Assembly (NCBI RefSeq): GCF_001194135.2
Contig: NC_068989.1
Location: forward strand, 88,656,989 to 88,720,988
Source: Octopus bimaculoides
Lineage: Eukaryota
DNA length: 64,000 nt
Reading direction: 5' to 3'
Below are positions 29,118 through 42,447 of the stretch, one piece after another. A model generated the notes under the pieces. The model was not told where the DNA came from and made no database searches. It saw only the letters and a list, made by a program, of their open reading frames with translations. The position numbers were made by a program, and so were the translations under genes. Numbering within the stretch: the stretch's first letter is position 1; each line of letters opens with the position of its first letter.

Positions 29118-29398
29118 CATGACTTTCAGAAACATTTTTTCACACTCAGAGTTGCTGAAGCGCAGAACAAACTACCTGCATCAGTTGTTAGTTGCCAAGA
29201 CATTACATACTTTAAAACCTCACTGCTTCCTGAATTTCGCCAACGCTACACCTGATACCCCCCTCCCCCCGCTTCCATGTATATCATGACTCATACACTG
29301 TTCCCTTTCCTGACTTTTGTACATAATTCTGTGTACTGTACATGCACCTTTGATGAGTTGTAGTGCACCTGAGCACTATGCACAGTAATTTCATTATT
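29118..29398 (+). pseudogene. CR1/L2-class LINE 3' end
   Basis: HDFQKHFFTLRVAEAQNKLPASVVSC...FKTSL matches the CR1 FF..RV...WN.LP..VV...FK..L motif; followed by a UTR ending in cattatt. Confidence 0.65.
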
Positions 29399-32001
29399 TT
29401 AAAATGACATTGGGTCTTTTTATCTTCTCTTTATTTCATGGTATTTTCTCACCAAGTTACTTCTTATTTATGATACTGTCACACATGTAATTTGATTGGA
29501 TTAATTAAATATCAGTTGTGATTAGTTTTATTTTCCTTATTTACGCAACAAAATTATTTTAGTACATTAACATTAGAGTTAGGATCTTCCAATACAGAGC
29601 ACTGTGCATTAATGGATTAAGATAGGTGAAGTAACGATAAACAGGACATTAGCTAGGGAATGCTGCTAATAATGTTGGTCAGTGGGTGGGAGTTTGGCAA
29701 ATCTAACTTCTACAAATAGCCGTTATTTTACGTGCCTCAACTTGTCTGGTTGTGAAATAGTGTCCGGTGAGAGACGAGGACGTGAAGAGGGAAAGAGTTT
29801 TAGAAAGGAAATTGAAACCATAAAACAGAGATCCTGCTGGGAACAAACAGCTCTGTTAATATTCTCTTTCTTTCTCTTCTGAAGAGTAGTGGTGATGATG
29901 ACAACTACAATGATGATAATTATTATTATTATTATTGATTGATCTCGTGGAATCTTGTATAGTGTTTATCCTTCCATATTGATTGTAATGTGAATCTTGT
30001 TATCTATCCGTTGCTTTGTCTGTTCATCCAGTTGTCTTATCTGTTTTATCCATCTCTGTATCCTTCCTTCCTTCCTTATCTCTGTAACAAAAAACAGACT
30101 CTACACTCTATTTCACAGTTGAGTGTTTAATGGTACGAGGAAGAGCGTTATCTACAATAAAAATATTTTGCTTCATCGACTATACCAATGCGAGCAGAAA
30201 AAAAACTGTTTAGTTATTGATCTGCTACAATTCAAGCTGAATACTGACCCTTTCCTGTACCAACAAATGTGGGCAGAGAGAGAGAGAAAGATGGGGTTAT
30301 CATTTTATTAATAAATCCAAGGTCTTGCTTGTCCAGTCTATGGTTAATCAGACTGTACAAGTTATTTAACCCCAGGCTAATCCTGATCGAGCAGATTCAT
30401 CCAAAACATTCCACCTGTAATAATCCCATCTTTTCCATAGATACAGTGCAGCAGGCATCGCATTATCTGATAGGGTCAGAGTCCTCTTTTTTTTTTAAGA
30501 AGGCAAAGTGTGATTATGAGGAGATTTGTCTGTTATTTCTAGCAAGTAAATTGAGAATTACATTATCTGATGTGGCCTTCTTTCTGTGACTATAGGAGAG
30601 ATTTACCTGTTATTTCTAGCAAATCAGGCAACAGCACAGAGACCTCTTTGTTGGCTTGTGCATTTATACTAGTCATACACCAAGTTCAAATTACTTAGTT
30701 ATGCATACAAAAAGGTTCTTGGCATATTAATGTGTGAGATAAATATTTTAGAGAGATTGCTTACCTTGCTTCATGGTTGAGTGACTAGCTGTAGGAAGTT
30801 ATCTGGTTGTTTAAAACAAGAACAAAAATCTATCTGGAAATCAATTTATGCATAGAGACATAGGAAAACAGTTTACTTTGTTTTAACTCAATCTCCTGTC
30901 TTTTGTAAGACCACTATTGGCCTCTCTGAGTTATTTCTCTGAGCTTATTTTTAGTTTAGATTATCCTGGCACAAGCATGGCTACATGGTAAGAAGCTTGC
31001 TTCCCAACCGCATGGTTTTGGGTTCAGTTTGACTGCATGACGCTTTGGGTGAGTGTCTTCTCCCATAGCCTTGGGCCGATCAAAGCTTTGTGAGTGGATT
31101 TGGTTGACAGAAACTGAAAGAAGGCGGTGAGCTGGCAGAAACGTTACCCTGCCGGGTGAAATGCTTGGCAGTATTTCATCTGCCGTTATGTTCTGAGTTC
31201 AAATTCCGCAGAGGTTGACTTTGCCTTTCATCCTTTCAGGGTCGATAAATTAAGTACTGTACATTATATAAATAACATTGCTTTACACCAAACCAGTGGG
31301 TCGCCACCATTTTTTACCTATAGACCTCTTTGGTTACTATTTTGTTTGAATGGATCTCCACAGCTATTCTATGTTTGACCCTTTAGCATTCAGATTATTT
31401 TGTCAAATGTTATGCCTAGTTATTCACATTGTTTTGAATTAATGGTGGATTATCTTGTAGCTTTGAGATTTTCAAAATGTGATTACTTATTTTTAGAAGG
31501 ACATTGCAGGGTAGATGTGAGAGGCTGGATCTAGCTGGTTTGAACAAAAAACATGTAGAATATTTTGGCTGGATATGGCCGGTTTGAATATGAAATGGTT
31601 AAAAACTAGTTTTACTGATATTGCTTTCAAATCTTTTTCACACGTTCATTTGTCCGAGAGAACATGTTTCAGTGGCTGGAAAAACATGTTGAATTATGTG
31701 AAACGATAGAGTAAGAAACCTAGTACCAGATCTTTTCATGGACCTTTCAAATACTACTGTGGTTCCCCAATTTATTCTTTTGCTTACACGGACCCCACAA
31801 AATCTTATATTGTGCCCCAAGGTTCATGTGGACCCTGGTTGAGAATTAGTTTGTCTCCATACATACACACACTGAAATAGTCAGTTAGCTACCATACATG
31901 CATTGTGTAGAGAGATCACATGTACTAAATTAGTCATTTTGTTACTACACACACATTATATAGAGATATCACAGTAGACCATAAATTAGTCAGTTACTAT
32001 A

Positions 32002-32223
32002 CAGGGTGGCCTGAAAGTAAATTTACAGTTATCACGTAGGCACTTAGGATTTCTTTTAAAACATTTTATTACATTTAAATTTCTCTTACAAACCGGAAAC
32101 TAAATTAGCATAGAATAATGGTTTCATATTTCTTTTTTTTTTTATGATTAAGATCTAAACTGTTAATATATGAATGCAAAAGAGATAGTTGAATAACTGT
32201 AAACCTACTTTTGGGTCACATTA
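32002..32223. mobile_element. Tc1/mariner-type MITE
   Basis: TA-cagggtggcctgaaagtaaatttacagtt ... aactgtaaacctacttttgggtcacatta-TA: imperfect TIRs with TA flanks. Confidence 0.55.
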
Positions 32224-32944
32224 TATAGTGACATCACAGCACATAGCTACTTGGTTATCATGTAGAGATTATATAAATAACATCATTGTACACACTAAAT
32301 AGTCAATTTGTTACTGTATATCCATTGTATAGATACATCAGTGTACATGCAGATTAATCACTTAGTTACCAAACATACATAGACACATCACTGTCCACAC
32401 TAAAACCAGCAATTCCAGGAAATGATGATGATGGCTTAATTGTAAATTGTACGTTGATACGGAGAAAATTGTAATGAATTCCTGGGAAGGCAATTGTGGT
32501 CTGTCATCCCAGTATTTTTTATTGCGGTAATAGCTGCAACAATAAAGCTGTTATCACAATAAGACAATGTGTGTGAAATAGTAGTAATAGTAGTAGGGAT
32601 GTTGTATAAATCACTATTTAACCATTTGACAGTATGATAGGAGTGAAGTAAATATTTAATTATCCTAAGTATGGTGTGGATTAGAGTAGGGGTGATGTTA
32701 ACTGAGTTTAAAGATTATTTGCCAACATAACATGGCAGTCCTGGTTTAGGACGAATGTTGCTGTAATTTAGCCCCAGGAGGCATCGTCTCCAGTTGGCTA
32801 TATGACACATACACACAAACGTATATATCATCATCATCATACATCCGTTGTCTATGCTAGCATGGGTTGGACAGTTTGACTAGAGCTAACAAGTTAGGGA
32901 GCTGCACCAGATTCCAGTCTGATTTGGCATGGTATATATACATA

Positions 32945-33008
<64 letters not shown>

Positions 33009-33391
33009 GATATATAAATCCATCCATCCAAATTGAAGGTGGTTGGCGTTAGGAAGGGCATCCAGCTGTAAAAACCTTGCCAAATCAGATTGGAGCCCAG
33101 TGCAGCCTTCTGGCTTGCCAGTCCTCAGTCAAACCGTCCATCCCATGCCAGCATGGAAAGCGGACATTAAATGACGACGATGATTATGAGGAAAAATCAC
33201 AATATTTGTTTAGTGTGACTAATTGAGAAAAATTTAGATCATTTGTTTATTGTCCCCAGATATTTAGTCTACATTGTTTTGCACACGTTCATGTATATAT
33301 TTTAGTAGATTAAATGCATCTGTAGTGTGTGTGTGTGTGTGAATTAATATGTTTTCTGTAAGTGCTATACATAAGCAGATACCTACATTCA

Positions 33392-33443
<52 letters not shown>

Positions 33444-33618
33444 TGTGTATGAGACTAATTCTCCCCTCACAAGGATGTTAATATTGACGCAGATTTTACA
33501 CTGTGTTATTTCCTTTACTATTTATTTGTCTTTCTTTTACACTTCTTATCTCTGATTTATCTCTCTTTTGCGTCAAACCTAACCACTTTGTTTTTTGTTT
33601 TTATTTATTTTTTTGCAG

Positions 33619-33828
33619 TGAACAACAGGTTGTGTTGTCTCCTGTAAGACACCGACGCATCACGGACTTACCAATGCCACCAGTTGTTGACGACCCTGAT
33701 CAGGAGGTTGATATCGACATAGATAGTCAAGGTGATATCAAGCCGTCATCCCTAGGTTTGGAAATGATGGAGATGAAGAGCAGAATTGATTCTAACGTGT
33801 CGGCTGCTCCAAAGTTAAAGAGACCAAA
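33619..33828 (+). CDS. CDK12: CDK12/13 exon (pre-kinase, TDLPMPP...KLKRPK), 210 nt, phase 2-2
   Basis: ttttgcag|TGAA acceptor and AA|gtgagt donor. In frame with both neighbours (S-EQQVV; RP-K-ICH). Confidence 0.92.
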
Positions 33829-35899
33829 GTGAGTTACAATGTGTGAAAGCGTGGTGGTGGTGGTGGTGTGTTATGTGGTACTACCTGAACAGCAATTGTG
33901 TTGGTAGAATGTAGGACTGCTTGCTATGGGTATTTCTGTGTGGTGGGGCTGGGCAAGTGTTCACACACATACACATGCCTACACTACCCAAACCTATATT
34001 TATAAATCACTTTTAATCATGGAATACAATGTAGAAAAATCTATAAATAATAACTTGCAAATATTGGGGTTAAAAAAAAGAATCCATTGGATGGGAAAAG
34101 TTGCAAGATGGTCTGCTGACAGAATCGTTAACGAGTCAGACAAGATGTTTAGTAGTATTTTTTCTGACTCTTTATGTTCTGAGTTCAAATCCTCCTGCCG
34201 TCAACTTTGCCTTTCATCCTTTCAAGCTCAATAAAATAAAGTACCAGTGAAGAACTGGGGTCAATAATGTAATCAATTTGCCCTCTCCTTTCAGGCTTGC
34301 TGGCCTTGTTCCAAAATTAGAATTATTTATAGCTTCATCTCCTTTGAGTTCCACCATTAAAACTAATATATTTCATGTCCCAAAATTTCTAGATTCTCTT
34401 AACAAAAGCAATGTGTGTGTGTGTGTGTGTGTGAAGGTTTGTGGCTTGATGTTTCGTGTGTAGCACTCATGGTCGCTGTATCATATGTTTGATTCCCAGA
34501 TATATACCCTCACTACCATATGGATGTCTTGTGAAAGAAAAAGGCTCGGGGAGTCAGCCTTGATAGCACATCAGGGAATGGAGTCCTTCAGGTGATGTAG
34601 AGCTCTCCTGTGAGGCAATTCACCTTGGAGAAGGCCATTCCAATTACAGCTTGATGGTCGCTGCTGGCATCTTAGCTCACTGATCCACTGTGGTGAGCCT
34701 CCAAAACTGAAAGAGTGGAATCAGATTGAGGAGATTGATTCTGAGTTCAAAGTTACTAACAGCAGGCAAGAAAAGAAAAGCCCTGCAGCGTCAGGTTTAC
34801 GTAGCCTCTTGAAGATGTGCCATTTTCCCTCGTGATCTTCAGACATGAAGAAACTGCCATCGTATGTGTGTGTGTGTAGATGGATAGACAGACAGACAGA
34901 CAGATATAAGCATGATTTACAGAACAAGAGAAATAGGTAGTTTTCATTGGTGGTTTTTGTATCAAACGATGAAGAGTATGACATGTTGCTTAACATTTTG
35001 TTGGAACAGACCTGTCCAAATCCATGCTGGTTTGGGATCTAAAAGATATTAAATGATAAGTGAGCCCCTTGAGTGATTGAAGGTGTAGTATTGACAGAAG
35101 TGAAAGATGATAGAGAGGAATATGTGTCTTGCTTAACCTTTTCATTACCAACCTGGCTGAAACCATCTCTGGCTCTGTACTACAAATGTCTTGTTTTCAT
35201 AAGTTTTGAATTAAAAACTTCCACCAAGCCTTAGTCATAATTTATTTTCTTAACACTAGCTGAGTTATAATTAAGTTATTTTACTAAATTCTTTGTTATA
35301 TTTAAAGTTATTGAAAGAAACACAGCATCTCAGACTAAATACAGTAACGAAAGGGTTAAGAGAAGATACAAGGCATCTAACAAGCCACCTATTGTCCCTT
35401 TCAAAAACACTTTTATTGGTTATGTGGGCGTATACAGCTTGAAAAATTTATGATTTCAAACGGTGTTTGCTGGTATACAACTGATGCTTTCAGAAAACAA
35501 CTTATAATGGCATTCAAGAAATTTGGTCTGTGCTTGATGGCCAAACCAAAGACCTTTCAACAATAACCTTGCTTGATGTCATGCTTCATCTAAATCATTC
35601 TGCTTGCCAACTCTTCTCTCCAAATACCTTCTCAAGAATTTCAAGGAAGATCTTTCTGATACATGGTAAATGACTGTTGACTTCAGTGGTCACATGATCA
35701 ATTAAAGAAGCAGTAATGTTAATTTATACTGCTTACACCAATGATTTCTTATCAATCTGTTGACTTTTCTAGTTGAGTGAGTGGAAGGTCAACAGAGCTA
35801 AGCCATAGCCTAGAACTTAATTTGTGTCTGCCTTGTGCATAAACTTATATCACATGCTACACACTTCTAACACAGAATAAGGGTGTGTGTGTACATATA

Positions 35900-36330
35900 T
35901 CATCATCGTCGTTTAACGTCCGCTTTCCATGCTAGCATGGGTTGGACGATTTGACTCAGGACTGGTGGACCAGGAGGCGACACCAGGCTCCAATCTGATT
36001 TGGCAGAGTTTCTACAGCTGGATGCCCTTCCTAATGCCAACCACTCCGAGAGTGTAGTCGGTGCTTTTACGTGCCACCGGCACGAGGGCCAGTCAGATAG
36101 GTACTAGCAACGGCCACGCTCGAAATGGTGTGTTTTACGTGCCATCTGCACAAGAGCCAGTCCATTGGCACTGGCAACAATCTCGCTTGGATGTCTTACT
36201 GGCAAAGGCCACGCTCGAAATGGTGTATTACGTGTCACCTGCACATAAAAGATCTACCACGAAAGTCCACCTCAACAAGTTCTGCTTCACCCATGTAAAT
36301 ATGGAAAAGTGTATGATAAAATGATGATGA
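35900..36330 (-). mobile_element. RTE-type 3' tail repeat (family C); many further copies, e.g. 12766-12930, 17540-17880, 19022-19195, 36845-37190, 40570-40715, 43080-43255, 47790-47985, 49330-49545
   Basis: (CAT)n-tttaacgtccgctttccatgctagcatgggttggac...agctggatgcccttcctaa recurs throughout. The RTE assignment is inference. Confidence 0.65.
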
Positions 36331-36441
36331 TGGCAGTGAAGTGATGATGGTGACAGCTACATTAGGAGTTCTCTTTATCATGAAATTTTAGCGTTGCCTA
36401 ATGAGAAAGTGTCATCAAATTGATGTTCTTTTCTTTTGCAG

Positions 36442-36578
36442 AATCTGTCACAAGCGTCGTTATAATGAAAGAAACAAAGGTGACTGGGGGGAGCGCTGCG
36501 TTGAAGTATTCCGAAAGATCTGTCAAATTGGTGAAGGAACCTATGGGCAGGTTTACAAAGCTGAAGACACATTTTCTG
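36442..36578 (+). CDS. CDK12: CDK12/13 exon: start of kinase domain (DWGERCVE...IGEGTYGQVYKA), 137 nt
   Basis: ttttgcag| acceptor, G|gtaagt donor, Gly-rich loop GEGTYG. Confidence 0.97.
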
Positions 36579-37300
36579 GTAAGTTTCACTCTACCATTAT
36601 TTTATAGTAAGTTCCATGGAAGAACTAGAGACAAGCTCCTACCATTATGGCACATAGATTTTAATCCAAATCCCCTATTGCATAATTTGAAACTACACGC
36701 ACGCACACACACACACACACATCCACTGACAGAACTTTGGTCAGTCTTTGGCTGCTGTTTAAGCCATCACACACAGGAGGACTGAATCTGAAACCAAATG
36801 GTTGAGAAGTAATCATCTTAACCCTATGCACATACACACACATGCATGTATCATCATCATTTAATGTCTGTTTTTCAGTGCTGGCATGGGTTGGACAGTT
36901 TGACAGGAGTTGGCCAGCTGAAGAGCTGCTTAGGCCCCATGTCTGTTTTAGCATGGTTTCTACAGCTGGATGCCCTTCCCAATACCAACCACTTTACAGA
37001 GTGTACTGGGTGCTTTTACACAGCTCCAGCTTGGGTGCATTTACGTGGCATCAGCACCCACAAGTCCACAAGCTTAGGTATGCTCAGCTGGAGAGGGATG
37101 CATGCAACAAGCCTGTATTCAAGGACAACCAAGCTTTTACTTAGCTTGGTATGTCTTCTCAAGTACAGCAAGTCACCAACCTTCTTTCTGTGAAATTTAT
37201 ATCTATATTCTTGAATTTATTGCTTTTTTTTTAAATATAAAACTTTAATTTATTTCTTTCGCTCTTTATTCATGTTCCTTTTTTTTTTTTTGATCTGCAG

Positions 37301-37471
37301 GTGAACTTGTTGCATTGAAAAAGGTTCGTTTAGAAAATGAGAAAGAAGGTTTCCCCATCACAGCAGTGCGGGAGATCAAAATTTTGCGACAGCTGAACCA
37401 CCCCAACATTGTCAACTTGAAGGAAATCGTCACAGATAAACAGGATGCTCTGGATTTTAGGAAAGACAAAG
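37301..37471 (+). CDS. CDK12: CDK12/13 exon: VALKK and PITAVRE helix, 171 nt
   Basis: tctgcag|GT acceptor and G|gtattt donor. Translates [31 protein letters not shown]...[11 protein letters not shown]. Confidence 0.97.
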
Positions 37472-37994
37472 GTATTTCTTCTCACATTATTATTATTTCA
37501 TAGAACTTTAGGGCAGCAAGGTGGCAGAATCATTAGCACGCTGCGCAAAATGCTTAGCGGCATTTCATCTGTCTTCACATTCTGAGTTCAAATTCCACCA
37601 AGCTTGATTTTATCCTTCATCCGTTTTTTGGAGTCAGTAAATTCTTTGTGGTCGCTGTAATTGACTGGTCCTCTCCTCCACAAATTTCAGGCCTTGTACC
37701 TTTAGTAGAAAGGATTATTTCATTGATCTTTGTTGTTGTTTTAACCCTGGGTCAGCTCTGAATTAACAAAGACCACGGTCAAAATGAGAAGGTTAACTAC
37801 AAAGCACCTATTCCAGATGTAATCTCCACCCAAACTTCTGGATACGATCCTATCTATACAGGACTGTTAACTGTATTCATCAATATAGCCTATTTGCATA
37901 CATAAATTGCTCTCAAGAACTTGCGAGGAGAGGTGGATTTTTTCTTTTTTATCTGGTTTTTTTTTTTTTTATGGATTAGTCAAGTGAACTAGAC

Positions 37995-38425
37995 ACAAGC
38001 ATGGCTGTTTGTTCCAGAAGTTTGCTTCCCAACCACATGTTACTGGGTTGTGTCCCACTCCATGGCATCATTGGCAAACGTTTTCTACTGTGGCCTCAGG
38101 TTGATTAAAGCCTTTTGGGTGGATTTAGTAGGTGGAAACTGAAAGAAGCACAGTGTACATACAGGTGTATGCATGTGTGTCCTTGTCTTGACAGTATGAT
38201 AGTTATAGATAAATAGATGTCACTGTCATAGCAGAAGTGTGTCATTCATTTCCAATATTCTGTGAGAACATGTATGGACATGGGGAAATATTACCTTACT
38301 TGGAAACAGGTAAAGGTTGGTGACAGGAAAGGCATCTCACTGTAGAAGCTCTGCCTCAGTAAGCTCCATCCAGTTCATGCAAGGATGGCACGGTGGATGT
38401 TAAAATGATGATGATGATGATGATG
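37995..38425 (+). mobile_element. Hybrid SINE: family A head plus RTE-like 3' tail ending in (GAT)n (others 8476-8890, 23030-23430, 11560-11900 -, 40935-41350 -)
   Basis: Head shared with family A; body ggaaatattaccttacttggaaacagg; tail ...gttaaaatgatgatg. Confidence 0.7.
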
Positions 38426-39559
38426 AGGGGATGGTGCCCATGACCATTACTGCGACCTTATAGACTTGTGATCCATTTGGTTGACTCTTGGTTGTAACCC
38501 CTGTTAGTTACTCTCAGCAGGGAAACGTGAATTCCAGAAAGGTTAGAAAGTGGTTTGTGTTTGGTGGGGGTGGGGTGGGGGTGCTCTCATCTTCTGTATT
38601 AAGTCTCAACATAATGTGAGGGATAAGAGGCTGTCAACAGTTGCATGAACAAACGTATTAATTAATTAGAATTACTTGTGAGGAAGAGGAGCAGCTGGTT
38701 GTGGCTGTCTGTGTATGTTGCAATGAACATTGCTTGGTGTATATACCACTGCACACCATTTGTAATCAGAACCAGGGACGGATTCTATGATAAGTGGGCC
38801 CTTGTCTGAAACTGCACATAAGTAGTACCAAAGTACTGATTGACAATGTAGAAATACAATGAAATATCAATGGTGGGGTTGAATTCATGAGGTTTGAGCT
38901 ATAATTCCACTTCCTAACTCATTCATCCTACATCTACAAATTTAATCAATGTTTTGGGTTTTTTCTGGGCTATAATTATGATATGAGAAATACCACCAAA
39001 AAGTTTGCTTTTTCTCTTTGACTATTTTGGCTATGAATTAAACATTAAAATTTTTTTTTATTTCAGCTGTTACTATGTAACTGGTGTATTTTCTGGTATA
39101 CAAGTCAGTGTAGTTTATAGTGAAAAAGTGTAGTGTAAATATTTAAACCTCATCACTATCTTTCTAAATCCTATCGCATTTCAATTCATAGAATTTTCAG
39201 TCCTCTAGAGTAGTCTTGGTACCTGCTTTTTGGCTGTAAATTTTGATCTGAAAAATTTGACTTGTATACCAGAAAATATCATTTAACTTATTAAAGATAA
39301 ATCTAAGCAAAGAGAAAAACTTTATTTCAGTATCAGTGTTTCAAATAAAATTAACAGATCTCACCAAAACCCACCTGAAGCTCTTCACTTCATCTCCTAA
39401 ACACCAACTCTTCATAGCAGTCTTTTTGTTCAACGCCCAACCCTCATCCCTACCCTACCAAATATATACACATTTTGTTTTGACTTTTGGTAATTTTCTT
39501 TGTTTTATTTTTGTGCTTTTTATAATTTTTTAAAACTTTTATTTTTGTTTCTTGTTCAG

Positions 39560-39749
39560 GTGCCTTCTATCTAGTTTTTGAATACATGGACCATGACCTG
39601 ATGGGTCTGTTAGAGTCCGGTTTAGTACACTTCAACCAGGATCATATCGCTTCCTTCATCAAGCAGCTTCTTGACGGATTAAACTATTGCCACAAGAAAG
39701 ACTTCCTTCATCGTGACATCAAATGTTCGAACATCCTGCTTAACAATAG
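39560..39749 (+). CDS. CDK12: CDK12/13 exon: hinge (FEYMDHD) and catalytic loop HRDIKCSN, 190 nt
   Basis: tgttcag|GT acceptor and AG|gttggt donor; motifs as named. Confidence 0.97.
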
Positions 39750-39850
39750 GTTGGTAATGACATACATTTTGAGACCAGTCAAGGGTGTCTCACTCATCTT
39801 CTTTACTGCTCAATACATTGTTAAACACTTCACAAACTACACAGCTTCCA

Positions 39851-40324
39851 TTAACCCTTTCATTACTAACCCGGCTGAAACCGCCCCTGGCTCTGTAGTA
39901 CAAATGTCTTGTTTCCATAAGTTTTGAATTAAAATCTTCCACCAAACCTTAGTCACAATTTATGTTCCTAACACTAGCTGAATGATAACCTAGTTATTTT
40001 ACTAAATTCTTTATTGTTATATTTAAAATCAATTGAAAGAAACACAGAACATCTCAACAGAAATATGGTAACAAAAGGGTTAACAAATGATAAATTCAAC
40101 CCTTTTGATACCAACCTGGCTGAAACCACCTCTGACTCTGTAGTACAAATGTCTTGTTTCCATAAGTTTTGAATTAAAATCTTCCACCAAACCTTAATCA
40201 CAATTTATGTTCCTAACACTAGCTTAATGATAACTAAGTTATTTTGCTAAATTCTTTGTTATATTTAAAGTAATTGAAAGAAACACAGAGCATCTCAAAA
40301 TAAATACAGTAACGAAAGGGTTAA
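39851..40324 (+). mobile_element. Tandem dimer of a TTAA-flanked (piggyBac-like) MITE, family D; other copies 7975-8300, 27784-28010, 35133-35359
   Basis: Termini ttaa-ccctttc(a/g)ttac ... gtaac(g/a)aaaggg-ttaa, about 230 bp, near-identical internal sequence among copies. Confidence 0.75.
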
Positions 40325-42447
40325 ACCACCTTGGTTTATGCAGTTCATATTATTCGACATAATTACATCAACACACTATCTCTCCCCCCTCCCATCATCC
40401 ACTGTCCATTATCTTCTCTTATGTTCACCTTGCTCTGTGAAGCTTTACTCTATCACCCCCATCACTTCCCTCCTCTTATCTCCTCCAGTCCTGTATCTCT
40501 TCTATAGCAAAACACCTGGCATAAAGCCACCAACCACCACCTTCCCCTTCCAAATACTCCCTTTTAGTGGTTGGTCTTAGGAAGGGCATCCAATCATAGA
40601 AACCATTCCAAAGATGACATTGGAACCCGACACAGCCGTGCAGCTCACTGGTTCCCTATCAGACTGTCCGACCCATGCCAGCATGGAAAGCAGATGTTAA
40701 ACGAGAATGAATGGTGAGGGTGAATATTTATTTAGCATTGAACCCCATCACCCTATACCATGATCCAAACCCCACTGGAAGGAAGCTTCTGGTATGTCTC
40801 ATATAAGATATGTAACCTGAAGTGTCTTATAGCTAAAAATATGACTTGGGGAAGCTACAGATTATAACAATATATCTTGAGAATATCATAGATTAAGATA
40901 AGAAATTCAGGAGGATCATTGTTATCATCACCATTTTTAATGTCCTCTTTTCAATGCTTGCATGGGGAAAATGGAGTCTATTAAAGTATATTTTCTACAG
41001 CTGGATATCTTTTCTGTCACCAACCACGACTTGTTTCCAAGTAAAGTAATATTTTCCCATGGCCAGACATGTTTAAGCAAAATATCGAAAATACTGAATA
41101 ACACTGCATGTATGACAGTGATACTCATTTACAACTGTCACATGATGTTAAGACAAGGACACACACACAGATGCCTCTGTGTGTGTGTGTGTGTGTGTGT
41201 AATGGATTTTTTCATCACTTTTTATCTACGAAATCCATTCACAAGGTTTTGTGGTTGGCCCAGGACTATAATAGGTGACACTTACCCAAGGTACCACACA
41301 GTGGGACTGAACCCAAAACTATGTGCTTAGGAAGCAAACTTTTTAACCACATGACTAGGATATCATGTAGATGTGATTTAAGAATGCAGCAGATGAAGAT
41401 GTGTGTATTGGGGTATCACATGCTTGGGTACTTTCCTCTTATCAGCAGCCAATTTTTATATTTACTGAAGGATTAGTAAATAAACTGATACATTCCTGAA
41501 ACGGATGTAATAGTTGATCTGTGGACTTTCAGAATAGCTGTCATTATATCATGGAGAAGTGAAAGGGCAAAGAATAGGTTGATTGTTTCCTTTTGTGAAA
41601 AATCCTTTTTCTGTTCAAAAGGAATTCCAACCATGGTTCGTAGTTTGCTACCCCAACAGCTCCTTTATAGGATCCAGTGGCTAATAACATCATCAGGAGG
41701 AACCACGTCTGGTTTCGGCCCCAACACCTCTACCGTTTTTGATGTGGCAGACCCCATCCTTTCGGAGGTGTCTTCAGCTCTGGTGTTGAGTGTGTTTCTT
41801 CTTTCTCTTTTTTTCTTTTGTTCTTTGGCAGCCACTTAATTTTTGGCTTCTTCACGCCTGTCTCTTTCCTTGGCTGTTTCAATTCAATTGTGGAATGACC
41901 CTTGCTATGGTTTCTTCCCAGGAGGTTCTGGCCACACGGCTTCTGGTTTTACAACCCACGCTGTTGAATCACTTTCTTCTGACACTTTAATATTTCTACA
42001 TTTTTGCCCTCCTCTTCCTTTAATCTATAAAAATTTGGCTGTTGATAAGAAAGACTCATATTTGATGCATGATTCTAGTTGTCCGATATTAATTATGTGA
42101 TTTCAGTTGTCAAAGATTAAGCTATATCTCCTTGTGTTGTCAGAAACTACAATATGTAAGTTGGTTTTTGTCAAAAGATTAACTATGACGAGAGAGTGAT
42201 AGAGACTAAATTACTTTATTTTTGGTTTCAAGGATTAAGAGGTATAACACTTGGTGAAGTTGCATATTTAAAGTATATGGCATGAGGGGCATCCTAGATT
42301 ATCTCTTTCTATTTCAATTCTCTGTCTATGTTTTTAAATCAATTTTTAAAATAAATAATTTGGAGAAATTTTTTTAAATAACTTTCAGTTGAGACAGATT
42401 TTTGCATTTTTTATCTTGCAAGGTAATTGGTGACCCTGTCAGTGAAT

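Noticed and set aside
39750-39759. Tandem donor gttg|gtaatg 4 nt downstream of the used donor
   Set aside because: It would frameshift, lacks the +5 G, and there is no evidence of use.
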